From Gemmatimonadota bacterium (lineage in GTDB: Bacteria > Gemmatimonadota > Gemmatimonadetes > Gemmatimonadales > GWC2-71-9), in contig QHUT01000056.1 of the NCBI GenBank assembly GCA_003222055.1, forward strand, positions 114 through 64,113: 64,000 nucleotides of DNA, written 5' to 3'. The notes under the pieces are model-generated. The model saw nothing but the letters and a program-made list of their open reading frames with translations, was not told the DNA's origin and made no database searches. Below, piece after piece: positions 35,416 through 43,979 of this stretch. The position numbers and the translations under genes are program-made. The number at the start of each line of letters is the position of its first letter. Positions within the stretch are counted from its first letter, which is position 1.

Positions 35416-36470
35416 AGCGGCGCCCACCCCGAGCGCTCGTAGGCGTCGAGCGTCGCGAGAATGCCGGCCTCGGTGTCGGGCCACGCCAGCTCGAACCCGG
35501 TCCGGAGCAGCTTCCGGGCATCGATCACGTGGTTGTGGATCAGCAGGTGCACACCCGCCGGGTTCGCGAGCGGCGCCGGCCCGAACTTCCCGGCCAGCCA
35601 GCCGCGCCGGGCGCGTAGCATTTCCCACCGGGCGTACAGCCGCAGCATCGCCGGCGGGACGTGGAACAGCGGGCGACCTCGCAGTCGCGGCCGGTGCGGG
35701 AGGGTGACGCGCGCGTCGCGCAGGGAGAGCCAGCCGAGCCGCCGACGCGCCAGCGCGTACACGTCCGCAGCCGCGATCGGCGTGGGGCTGGCGAGGTTGT
35801 AGACGCCGTTCGGCGCCCCGTGCTCGGCCAGGTGCACGGCCGCTCGGGCCACATCGTCGACGTGCACGTAGGAGTGGCGCACTTTTCCGGGACCGGGCAC
35901 GGCGCTCATCGCACCGGTCTTGAAGGCGAACAGCGCCTGCGCCAGCCCCTTGGCCGATCCCGGTCCGTAGACCTCCGCCGGACGGACGACGATCACATCG
36001 AGGCCGTCCGTGATGGCCGCCTCCCGCGCCAGCAGCTCGCCCAGCCACTTGCTGCGCGCGTAGGGGTTGAGCCGCTCGAACGGAACCGGGGCGGTTTCGG
36101 CGAGCGGCTCGGGCTGCTCGGTGCCACCGTACACGCTGCTCGAGCTCCAGCTGATCATGCGCTCGACGCCGCGCGCGCGGGCGGCGGCGCACACCTGCCC
36201 GACCCCTTCGACGTTCACGGCGTACAGGTCGTCCCACGCGGCCGTAAGGTCGAACAGCGCGGCGGTGTGAAACAGGACGTGTACGCCCCGCAGCGCCTCC
36301 CGCAGCGCCGATTGGTCGCGGATGTCGACCCCGATCCGCCGCGCGCCCGGGGGCACGCGCCCGAGCGCCCGGGGCAGGTCGAGTGCCGCCACGTCCCAGC
36401 CCAGTTCGAGCAGCCGGGCCGTGAGCGCCGAGCCGATGAAGCCTCCCGCTCCCGTGACGGCCGCCCTCAT
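35340..36470 (-). CDS. NAD-dependent epimerase/dehydratase (extended SDR, 3-beta-HSD-like)
   Basis: 376 aa. MRAAVTGAGGFIGSAL Rossmann motif and YARSK (YxxxK). The last 76 nt overlap the convergent ABC ATPase gene. Confidence 0.85.
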   Translation of the reverse strand: MRAAVTGAGGFIGSALTARLLELGWDVAALDLPRALGRVPPGARRIGVDIRDQSALREALRGVHVLFHTAALFDLTAAWDDLYAVNVEGVGQVCAAARARGVERMISWSSSSVYGGTEQPEPLAETAPVPFERLNPYARSKWLGELLAREAAITDGLDVIVVRPAEVYGPGSAKGLAQALFAFKTGAMSAVPGPGKVRHSYVHVDDVARAAVHLAEHGAPNGVYNLASPTPIAAADVYALARRRLGWLSLRDARVTLPHRPRLRGRPLFHVPPAMLRLYARWEMLRARRGWLAGKFGPAPLANPAGVHLLIHNHVIDARKLLRTGFELAWPDTEAGILATLDAYERSGWAPLYGSPRLSAVPSGSPRRLNRPASAS

Positions 36471-36480
36471 GCCGCCGCCC

Positions 36481-37077
36481 TCATGTGGCGTGCTCCGCTC
36501 GGCGCCGAGGCGCCTGTGGGCCCCCGAGCGCGGCGGGCATCGGGCTCCAGCGCTCCAGCGCGAAGCACGAGACCGGCAGCTTGAGCGTCGAGGTCACGAA
36601 GGCCCGGCCCACGTACAGGCCGTCGGTCGCATGCGGCGGGCGTACCACCAGGTCCCGCAGCGGCCGCGCCAGCCCGCCGACGAGGCGCAGCCGCAGCCCG
36701 GGGCGCACGCCCCAGGCTGCCAGCTGCTCGCGGCCCCGGCCGCGCCCGTAGTCGAGCAGCAAGGCGGCGCGCCGGCGGCTCCAGTCGGCGACAGGGGTCA
36801 CGGCGAAAAACCCAAACGGATGGCTCGTGTCGATCTGCCACTCGCCCGCCCGCACGCGCACGACGAAGTTGCACCCGGCGACGCCGGTGCCCTCCTGGAA
36901 AAATCCCTTGGCGAAGGCGCGGCCGCCGACCGGCGAGCGTGCCGCGACGCGCGACGTGTTCCATCCGCGGAACACCCAGCCGGCCAGTTCTTCGGCAGCC
37001 GGCGCTGTGCCGCGCTGCCACAGCTCGCGCAGCCCGGCTTCGCCCACGCTGATCAGGTCGTCGAGGATCCGGAACAT
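36481..37077 (-). CDS. Hypothetical protein (198 aa), no recognisable domain
   Basis: Lower part of track ORF 36481..37311. ATG 37077 (MFRILDDLISVG) shares a base with the upstream stop (TGATG). It lies 10 nt upstream of the epimerase gene. Confidence 0.6.
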   Translation of the reverse strand: MFRILDDLISVGEAGLRELWQRGTAPAAEELAGWVFRGWNTSRVAARSPVGGRAFAKGFFQEGTGVAGCNFVVRVRAGEWQIDTSHPFGFFAVTPVADWSRRRAALLLDYGRGRGREQLAAWGVRPGLRLRLVGGLARPLRDLVVRPPHATDGLYVGRAFVTSTLKLPVSCFALERWSPMPAALGGPQAPRRRAEHAT

Positions 37078-38462
37078 CACCGGGCGACGGCGGCGAGGGA
37101 AAACAAGCGGTGGCGCACGTACGCGCCGCCCCGGCGGGCGAGCCACACGAAACGCGGCGCCGCGCCGCCGTCGGGGGCGTCCATCCGTGGCAGCCACGCT
37201 CCCGGGTTGAGGTACACTATGGCGCGGTCCGCACGGGCCCATTCGCTCGTTTCGGGGCGGTGAGTGTGGCCGAAGACGACGTAGCGGCGCGGCGAGCTCG
37301 GGCAGCGCCACCGGGTCGCCACGCGACGCGCGTGGCGTCGCACCGCGACGACCAGGCCTTCACGGTCGATCTCGGCGGCGATTTGGCGCGCCATGAATCC
37401 CGCAATCGGGAGACCGAGGCCCAGGAGCGAGGCGGCCATCACGCCCGCACGCGAGTGCCCGCCGACCTCGCCGCTGATGAGCGGCGCCATGGGCAAGGCC
37501 GCCAGCAGCGCGGCGCTCATCGTCATGCTCACCCGGGCCGGCCACCACTCGAGCAGTCGCTCGAACCACGGCTTCCAGCCGGAGAGTCCGATACAGGGAA
37601 TCGCGCGTAGCGCGTTCGTGACGATAGCCGGCATCAACCGCCACGGCTGCTGATGCAGCGCTTCGACCAGCCGCCCGGACGGCGGGAGCGGCGCACGCGG
37701 GGGCACTCGGCGCTCCAGAATGTTGAGCACGTAGCGGCTGATGAGCGAGCCGAAGGGCAGACGCAGGCGGGCCGGCTCGGCGTCGCTGAAGTCCCGTTCC
37801 GCGCGGGTCAGCCAGTCCACCTCATGCCCGTGCTCGATGTGCACGTTCGCCCGACGATGGACGCGCGACCGGAACCGCACCTGGCCAGCCCTGAGGCGAC
37901 CCGCTCCCGCGCGCCCGAGCAAGGCGAGCAGCGCCCGGCGCACGCCGGGCCACGCCCATTCTGGATCGTGGTTGCCTCGTACGATCACGACGGAATGGCC
38001 GGCCCGGCACCACGCGGCGAGCGCGCCGAACACGCCCCGGTGGGCGGCGGCGATCACGCCCAGCTTCCAGACCGAGCTGGGTTCGTCGCTGCCGAACCCG
38101 AAGCTGCGCTCCCGGCGCGAAAAGCGGCCGTGGGCGGCGGCGCGCAGCCGCTCGGGGGCGCAGCGCACCCCGGCGGCGCGGAGCAGCAGCCGCCATGCGG
38201 CGACGCTCCGGGGCGTGTCGGGCAGGCGAATCACGCGGAGGAAGTCGAACGCGTCGCCGTTGAGCACGAGCTCGAGCCGTCGGCCGCGGCGTACGCCCCG
38301 CACCTTCAGGCGGCACAGCCAGCTCGCGAACTCGCGATCGTGGAAGAAATGCTCGCCCGAGACGCGACCGCGAACCGGCGCCGCGCCCTCACCCAGATGC
38401 AGGTCGCTGACGACGATGAGACGGTCGGGCAAGATGGCCCCGCACAGCCCGTTTCGCGGCAT
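37077..38462 (-). CDS. Calcineurin-like metallophosphoesterase, LpxH-like motifs, with a hydrophobic insertion
   Basis: 461 aa. The motifs appear in order: VVSDLHLG, NGDAFDF, RGNHD, EHGHE. A ~150-aa insertion with hydrophobic helices follows (MTMSAALLAALPMAPLI, VMAASLLGLGLPIAGFMA), then VFGHTHRP. Confidence 0.8.
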   Translation of the reverse strand: MPRNGLCGAILPDRLIVVSDLHLGEGAAPVRGRVSGEHFFHDREFASWLCRLKVRGVRRGRRLELVLNGDAFDFLRVIRLPDTPRSVAAWRLLLRAAGVRCAPERLRAAAHGRFSRRERSFGFGSDEPSSVWKLGVIAAAHRGVFGALAAWCRAGHSVVIVRGNHDPEWAWPGVRRALLALLGRAGAGRLRAGQVRFRSRVHRRANVHIEHGHEVDWLTRAERDFSDAEPARLRLPFGSLISRYVLNILERRVPPRAPLPPSGRLVEALHQQPWRLMPAIVTNALRAIPCIGLSGWKPWFERLLEWWPARVSMTMSAALLAALPMAPLISGEVGGHSRAGVMAASLLGLGLPIAGFMARQIAAEIDREGLVVAVRRHARRVATRWRCPSSPRRYVVFGHTHRPETSEWARADRAIVYLNPGAWLPRMDAPDGGAAPRFVWLARRGGAYVRHRLFSLAAVAR

Positions 38463-38595
38463 CTATCGCTCCGTGGTCCACTGCGCGCGCGACGTTCCAT
38501 CGGCCGCGCGGCGGTACGCCGGGCAAGAGACGTGCCCGGGCATGGCAGGGGGAGCGATGTGGCAGAGGCGCGACCGGCGGCGTCGCGCGAAGGCG

Positions 38596-39045
38596 TCAGA
38601 GCAGGACCGCCAGGGCGTTCGCGACGGCTTTGACGGCCTGGTGGTGTTCCACCGTGAAGCCCTTGGGCACGTCCGAATCGACGTCCAGTTGCCCGAGAAT
38701 GGTGCGACCCCGGCGGATCAGGACGACCAATTCTGATTTGGTTTCGAGGTTGCACGCGAGGTAATGACCCACCGCCGCGACATCGGCGACGTTCTGGTCC
38801 TGGCCGGTCGCGACCGCGGTCCCGCACACGCCACGCCCGACGGGAATGCGCGTATGCTCGGTCTCGCGGCCCGAGAACGCCTCGAGCACCAGGTCGTCGC
38901 CGTGCAGCATATAGGCGTACACCGAGGTGTAGGGTGCGCCCAGGCCGCGGATTTTGTCGCAGGCGAGGCGCAGCAGCGCCGCGCGGGGCGCGTCGTGCAG
39001 GTGCGCGGCCCGCAGCGCGCGCACGATCGGGCCGGTCGCGAGCAT
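38596..39045 (-). CDS. GAF-domain protein (free methionine-R-sulfoxide reductase-like)
   Basis: Track ORF 38596..39300. ATG 39045 gives 149 aa. GRGVCGTAVATGQ and ACNLETKSELVVLI are typical of the small stand-alone GAF family. Confidence 0.8.
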   Translation of the reverse strand: MLATGPIVRALRAAHLHDAPRAALLRLACDKIRGLGAPYTSVYAYMLHGDDLVLEAFSGRETEHTRIPVGRGVCGTAVATGQDQNVADVAAVGHYLACNLETKSELVVLIRRGRTILGQLDVDSDVPKGFTVEHHQAVKAVANALAVLL

Positions 39046-39052
39046 GAGGCTA

Positions 39053-39058
39053 TATCTA
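39053..39058 (-). promoter_or_regulatory. Candidate -10 box TAGATA, 7 nt upstream of the GAF-gene ATG (possible leaderless mRNA)
   Basis: The minus strand reads GATAGATATAGCCTCATG. This is an isolated AT-rich patch in very GC-rich DNA, with no Shine-Dalgarno sequence between it and the ATG. Confidence 0.3.
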
Positions 39059-39130
39059 TCTTTAGCGCGACCCTCACGGAAGCCGCCCGCGTTGCCGGCG
39101 CTGGGCGTTCCCCCTAGATTGACCGGCCCG

Positions 39131-40927
39131 ATGTCGACGCACGAAACGCTCGCTGCGCGGTTCGCACGCTGCGTAACCCTGTTTCGCGACCCGGGCGCGC
39201 GGGACGACCAGAAGGTGGAGTTCCGCGCGCTCCTCGGCCTGCTGAAGGACGCCGCCGTCAGCCTCCGGGCTGCGGGCGGACGCCTCGAAGTCAACGGCAT
39301 CCCGTGCGAGGGCGAGAGCCTGACCGGGCTGGTGCAGCGGCTCGACCTTCACGGCATCGGCGAGATCGCGCTGCCGGTGGGGCCACCCCCCCCGCAGCTG
39401 TTCGAGCTCTTGAGGGCGCTCGCCGACCAGCCCGGCGCGGACGACGTACCGAGCCGCCTCGCCGCAGCGGGGGTGGACCGGATCCGCGTCACCCTCGCGT
39501 CCCCCGAGCCGCCGGCGCCGCCCTCCCGACCGCTCGCGTCTCCGGAGGACGTCGAGTCCCGCGAGGCGATCATTCCGAGGGAGTCGCGCCCGACGGGCAC
39601 GGATGGGATCCTGCGGGGCGAGCCGTGGCGCGACACCAAGTCGGTGCCCATCAGCGGCGTGCCGCTCGTGAGCCACGACCCGCCGCCGCCGCCGGCGACG
39701 GACGCCCTGCCCGGCACTACGGGTCCCGCGCGCCCCGCGCGCCCCGCACCGCGCGCGCCGCCCGCGCCGCCCGCGCCGCCCGCGCGGCCCGCGCCGCCCG
39801 CGCCGCCCCCAGCCCCCCCGTCTGCCCCAACGCCGCCCGTCGACGAGACGCCGAGGGCCAAGGCTGCCGTGCCCGGACCATCAGGCCCGCCCCCCCCGTC
39901 CCCCGCGCCACCCGGGTCGCTGCCCCTGCCGGCCGGTGCCGCCGACGTGATGGCGCAGCTCGAGCGGGATCCCGCAGCCCCCGTGGTCGGGGACCTGCTC
40001 GCGGCGCTGGTGCATCACGCCGAGCTGGCGCTCAAGCAACGTCGGCCCGATCAGCTGCTCGGTCTCATCAGCGGCATCATCCGCGTCGAGGAGGCCGTCC
40101 CCGAGCCGAGCGGCATGCGACGCCAGTACGCTATCGCGCTGCGGCGCGTCTACACCAAGTCGGCGCTGGACGCGCTGGTGCGTCTCTTGTCGGAGCCGAA
40201 GTACCGGGCCGATGCAGTGACCGCGTTACGGCGGGGCGGCGCGGGGGCCGTAGAGGTGCTGATGGATCTCCTCGTGGCGGCGCCCACGATGGACGAACGG
40301 CGCTCGGCCTTCGACGCCCTGCGACACATGACCGAGGGTACGGATCAGCTGGTCCACGCGCTCGAGCATCGCGAGTGGTTCGTGGTGCGCAACGTGGCGG
40401 AGCTGATTGGCGAGCTCGGGATCGAGAAAGCCGTCCCCGCGCTGGCGCGGCGCCTCGAGCACGACGACGAGCGCGTGCGCAAGGCGGTGGCGTTGGCGCT
40501 GGCCAAGATCGGGACGCGGGCCGCGGTGGAGCCGCTGCGCCGGGCGCTGCACGACCCGTCGCCCGAGGTGCGGATGCAGGTCGCGTTGGGAATCGGCGGA
40601 CAGAAATCGGCGTCGCTCGCCATGCCCCTGGTCGTCGCGATGGACGAGGAGAAAGACGAAGGCGTACTGCGCGAGCTGATCCTCGCGTTGGGACGCATCG
40701 GCAGCCCCGACGCCGTGCAGGCCCTGATCAAGTGCGCACAACCCGCGGGACGGATCTTCGGGCGCAAAGCCGCGTCGTTGCGGCTCGCGGCGGTGGAGGG
40801 GTTGCGGCTCGCCGCGACACCGGCGGCGCGCGGGACCCTCGACGGCCTGGCCGACGACGGCGACAAGCAGGTGCGGGCAGCCGCGCGGGCCGCCGTGAGC
40901 GAGCTGGGGCGGAAGCGGCGCGGCTAG
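39131..40927 (+). CDS. HEAT-repeat (PBS-lyase type) protein with long Pro/Ala-rich linker
   Basis: Track ORF 38954..40927. ATG 39131 (MSTHETLAARF). The central region has >100 aa of P/A-rich low complexity. The C-terminal half has repeated VRxxAAxALGxIG-type HEAT units (ERVRKAVALALAKIG, PEVRMQVALGIGG, KQVRAAARAAV). Confidence 0.8.
   Translation: MSTHETLAARFARCVTLFRDPGARDDQKVEFRALLGLLKDAAVSLRAAGGRLEVNGIPCEGESLTGLVQRLDLHGIGEIALPVGPPPPQLFELLRALADQPGADDVPSRLAAAGVDRIRVTLASPEPPAPPSRPLASPEDVESREAIIPRESRPTGTDGILRGEPWRDTKSVPISGVPLVSHDPPPPPATDALPGTTGPARPARPAPRAPPAPPAPPARPAPPAPPPAPPSAPTPPVDETPRAKAAVPGPSGPPPPSPAPPGSLPLPAGAADVMAQLERDPAAPVVGDLLAALVHHAELALKQRRPDQLLGLISGIIRVEEAVPEPSGMRRQYAIALRRVYTKSALDALVRLLSEPKYRADAVTALRRGGAGAVEVLMDLLVAAPTMDERRSAFDALRHMTEGTDQLVHALEHREWFVVRNVAELIGELGIEKAVPALARRLEHDDERVRKAVALALAKIGTRAAVEPLRRALHDPSPEVRMQVALGIGGQKSASLAMPLVVAMDEEKDEGVLRELILALGRIGSPDAVQALIKCAQPAGRIFGRKAASLRLAAVEGLRLAATPAARGTLDGLADDGDKQVRAAARAAVSELGRKRRG
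39727..39807 (+). repeat. Nine tandem 9-bp units (consensus CGCGCCGCC) inside the HEAT-protein linker
   Basis: Read directly as CGCGCGCCC x2, CGCACCGCG, CGCGCCGCC x3, CGCGCGGCC, CGCGCCGCC x2. It encodes ARPARPAPRAPPAPPAPPARPAPPAPP. Confidence 0.9.
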
Positions 40928-40936
40928 ATCCGCCCG

Positions 40937-42007
40937 TCAGGTGGGGATGAAGCTGACCTTCGGGTCGAGCCGCCGCGCGAAGGTCGCGAGCAGCCGGGCC
41001 GCCCGCTCGAGGTCCTCCCGCGCCACCATTTCGTTCGGGCTGTGCATGTAGCGGTTGGGGACGCTCACCAGTCCTGTCGGAATGCCCCGCAGGGCGTTGT
41101 AGATCGCGTCGGCGTCCGTGCCGGTGTCGTGCGGCGCCGCCTGGATGCTGTACGGGATCTTCTGCTCGTCGGCGCACGCCACCAGCATCTCGAAGACCAC
41201 CGGGCTCACCGCCGAGCCGCGCGCCAGCACCGGACCGCCCCCGAGCTTGTGCTCTCCGGCACGCTTCTTTTCCGCCCCCGGCCAATCGGTCGCGTGGGTG
41301 ACGTCCACCACGAGCGCGACATTCGGATCGATTCCCACGGCGCTGGTGCGGGCGCCGCCACCGGTCCAGGCGATCTCCTCGCGCGTCGTGGCGACCGCGA
41401 ATACCCCGGCGTGTTTGGGCCGCTCCTCGGCGAGCAGGCGCAACGCCTCCGCCACCACGTAGGCGCCGATGCGGTTGTCGATGCTGCGCGACACGATGCG
41501 GGCATTGGGGAATTCCTGCACGCCCGCGTCGAGCACCGCGGCGTCGCCCACGCGCACGCGCTCGAGCGCTTCCGCTTTGCTCGTCGCTCCGATGTCGATC
41601 CAGAGATCCGTGATCTTCGAGACCTTGTCTATGTCCTCGCGCTTCATCAGGTGCACCGCCTGCTTGCCGATGACGCCCCGCACCGCTCCGTTCGGCCCCG
41701 TGATCACCACCCGTTGGCCCACCAGCACCTGCGAGTCCCATCCCCCGATCCCGGCGAAGTAGAGGTATCCCTCGTCGTCCACGTGCGTGATCTGCAGGCC
41801 GATCTCGTCGATGTGCCCGGCCAGCATGAGCCGGGGCGCGCCCTTGGCGTTCAACGTCGCGACCGAGTTGCCGTGCACGTCGGCCGTCACCTGATCGGCA
41901 AACGCCTTGACCTCCTCCCGCCAGATGCGTGCGGGCGCCGTTTCGAACCCGGACGGCCCGGGCGTGTCGAGCAGTCGCTTCAGGAAGGCGAGGGTATCGC
42001 GCGTCAT
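40937..42007 (-). CDS. M42-family aminopeptidase (glutamyl aminopeptidase/endoglucanase-like)
   Basis: 356 aa. LLDTPGPSGFE and AGHIDEIG. The ATG overlaps the CapA stop (ATGA). Confidence 0.9.
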   Translation of the reverse strand: MTRDTLAFLKRLLDTPGPSGFETAPARIWREEVKAFADQVTADVHGNSVATLNAKGAPRLMLAGHIDEIGLQITHVDDEGYLYFAGIGGWDSQVLVGQRVVITGPNGAVRGVIGKQAVHLMKREDIDKVSKITDLWIDIGATSKAEALERVRVGDAAVLDAGVQEFPNARIVSRSIDNRIGAYVVAEALRLLAEERPKHAGVFAVATTREEIAWTGGGARTSAVGIDPNVALVVDVTHATDWPGAEKKRAGEHKLGGGPVLARGSAVSPVVFEMLVACADEQKIPYSIQAAPHDTGTDADAIYNALRGIPTGLVSVPNRYMHSPNEMVAREDLERAARLLATFARRLDPKVSFIPT

Positions 42008-43011
42008 GGTTTGGATGGCATGGGTATCGAGAGGCGTACGCGCAGACGACGCCGCACGCTGTCGGCCGCCGCGCCCGTCGCGAGGGTCGGCTGCGGGCCG
42101 ACGCGCACGGGGACGGCGGAGACGCGCATCCGGCGGTCGGGGGCCACCGCGACGCGGAGAATAGCGGACAGTTGCGTCCTTGGGTCGCTTTGCACGAACA
42201 CGAAGTTACCGAGCGATTGCACGATTGGCTTCCCCCGGGACCACACCACCGGCTGCAGCACGTGGGGGTGGTGCGCCAGCACGAGATCCGCGCCGGCATC
42301 GACCAGGCCGTACAACAGGTCGCGAAGATAGTCGGGCGGCTCGTCCGCATACTCCCGGCCGCCATGGACGCTCACCACGATCAGGTCCGCCCGGCCGCTG
42401 GCCTTGAGCGCGCGGACGGCGGGGTAGACCCAGGCGGTGTCGCCCCACGCCACCCACTTGGCGCCGGCGTGCTTGTAGAAGGTGTACGGGGCCGGATTCC
42501 AGGCGCGCGTGATCGCGAAAAACGCCACCCGCCAGCCCCGGCGCTCGAGGATCACCGGCTGCTCCGCCATGTCGCGCCCGAACCCCGAACCAACGAAGCG
42601 TACGCCCGCGCGCGTGAGCTGCCGCATCGTCTCTTCGGCGGCGGGTTCCCCGCCGTCCCAGGCGTGGTTGTTCGCCGTGCTCACGATGTCGAAACCGGCC
42701 CGCGCCAGGGCCAGGGCGGCGATCGGAGGCGCCGCGAACACGCCTCCCGAGTCGGGCACGAGCGACGTGTCCGGGGCGATCGGGCTCTCGAGGTTTCCGA
42801 AGGTGATGTCCGCTCCGCGCAGCGACTCGAGCAGGGCCCGGAAGGGATAGAGCGTATCGGCCTGCAGCAGTCCCGCCCCGGCGACACGCCGGTCCAGGTT
42901 CACGTCCCCCACCGCGCACAGCCGCAGCGTGTCCGTGGGCTGCTGCAGCAGCCCGCGTGGCACGTTCCCAGACGCCACGTTCCACGAAAGCAGCAGCACG
43001 CCGATCATCAT
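42004..43011 (-). CDS. CapA-family protein (PGA_cap metallophosphatase-like)
   Basis: 335 aa. CAVGDVNL, FGNLESP, STANNHAWD, SVHGGREY, AHHPHVLQ. Confidence 0.88.
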   Translation of the reverse strand: MMIGVLLLSWNVASGNVPRGLLQQPTDTLRLCAVGDVNLDRRVAGAGLLQADTLYPFRALLESLRGADITFGNLESPIAPDTSLVPDSGGVFAAPPIAALALARAGFDIVSTANNHAWDGGEPAAEETMRQLTRAGVRFVGSGFGRDMAEQPVILERRGWRVAFFAITRAWNPAPYTFYKHAGAKWVAWGDTAWVYPAVRALKASGRADLIVVSVHGGREYADEPPDYLRDLLYGLVDAGADLVLAHHPHVLQPVVWSRGKPIVQSLGNFVFVQSDPRTQLSAILRVAVAPDRRMRVSAVPVRVGPQPTLATGAAADSVRRRLRVRLSIPMPSKP

Positions 43012-43026
43012 CCTGTCAGCCGGCCG

Positions 43027-43908
43027 TCAACGGGCGATCAACGCAGCGAGCAGCTCGGCCGCATCCACCAAACGTGGCCCCGGACGTGACGTATAGGCTT
43101 GGCCGTCGACGAACTCGACGCGGCGGCCGTGCAGTGCCCGCGCCGCGCCGGCGCGCACGGCGTCCAGCTCGACCCTGGCGCGGGCGGTATCGAACCCGCA
43201 CAGCGCCACCAGGATCAGGTCGGGCTGGAGGGCCGTCAGGTCCGCCCAGGACCGTCGCCGCGAGGGCTCACCCGGCCTGCCGGCCACGTCCTTGCCGCCG
43301 GCGAGCTCCACCAGCTCCGGCACCCAGTGCCCCGCGACGTAGGGGGGATCGACCCATTCCAGCACCAGGACCCGCGGTTTCCGTAGGGGCGCAGCATGCT
43401 GCGCTCCTACCATCCCGGGCCGCTGGGCCCGGGCCGCGACGCGCCGCAACCGGTAGCGCAGTCCCGCCAGCAGCTCCTCGGCCTCGTCCCGCAGCTCCAG
43501 GGTCTCTCCCACTGTGGCGATGTCTTTGAGCACACCGTTCAGCGTGTGCGCGTGCAGCGTCACGACCCACGGGATCGGGATCAGCGTCGTCACCACACGC
43601 GCGAGGTCGGACGCGCCGAGCGCGCAGACCTCGCACACCGACTGCCCGATCAGCACGTCGGGGCGCAGGTGCGCCACGAGCTCGACGTCCACCTCCACGG
43701 TCGCGACCCCGGTGCGCTTCGCGTCTGCCACCGCACGGTCGATTGCGCCCGATGGGAGCGCTGGATCGATCCGGCTGCGTGTGACGCGGGGGAGGGAGCG
43801 CACCTGGGGCGGAAAGTCGCATTCGTGTGACACGCCGACCAGCCGACCCATCGCGCCGAGCGCGGCTACGATCTCGGTCGCGGCGGGGAGCAACGACACG
43901 ATGCGCAT
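43027..43908 (-). CDS. BtuF/FhuD-like (class III) binding-protein homologue without signal peptide
   Basis: 293 aa. MRIVSLLPAATEIVAALGAMGRLVGVSHECDFP and VLVLEWVDPPYVAGHWVPELVELAGG. It contains an in-frame copy of the 28-bp palindrome at 43383..43410. Confidence 0.85.
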   Translation of the reverse strand: MRIVSLLPAATEIVAALGAMGRLVGVSHECDFPPQVRSLPRVTRSRIDPALPSGAIDRAVADAKRTGVATVEVDVELVAHLRPDVLIGQSVCEVCALGASDLARVVTTLIPIPWVVTLHAHTLNGVLKDIATVGETLELRDEAEELLAGLRYRLRRVAARAQRPGMVGAQHAAPLRKPRVLVLEWVDPPYVAGHWVPELVELAGGKDVAGRPGEPSRRRSWADLTALQPDLILVALCGFDTARARVELDAVRAGAARALHGRRVEFVDGQAYTSRPGPRLVDAAELLAALIAR

Positions 43909-43914
43909 GTCGAT

Positions 43915-43920
43915 AATCTA
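43915..43920 (-). promoter_or_regulatory. Candidate -10 box TAGATT, 6 nt upstream of the BtuF-like ATG (possible leaderless mRNA)
   Basis: The minus strand reads TAGATTATCGACATG. It is preceded by phased direct repeats (43942..43979). No Shine-Dalgarno sequence is present. Confidence 0.3.
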
Positions 43921-43941
43921 GGGGTCAGGGAGTAGAGGGGC

Positions 43942-43979
43942 GGGTCGGGAAACGTAGGGCCGGGTCGGGAAAAGTAGGG
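43942..43979. repeat. Two 18-bp direct repeats GGGTCGGGAAA(C/A)GTAGGG, spaced 20 bp
   Basis: Read directly at 43942..43959 and 43962..43979. The second repeat runs into the 28-bp palindrome. A degenerate third unit (GGGTCAGGGAGTAGAGGG) lies at about 43922..43939. Confidence 0.75.

Noticed and set aside
39727-39807. Short tandem repeats considered as a possible CRISPR-like or other repeat array.
   Set aside because: The units are only 9 bp, contiguous and without spacers, and they lie in frame inside a CDS. This is a coding microsatellite, not a CRISPR array.
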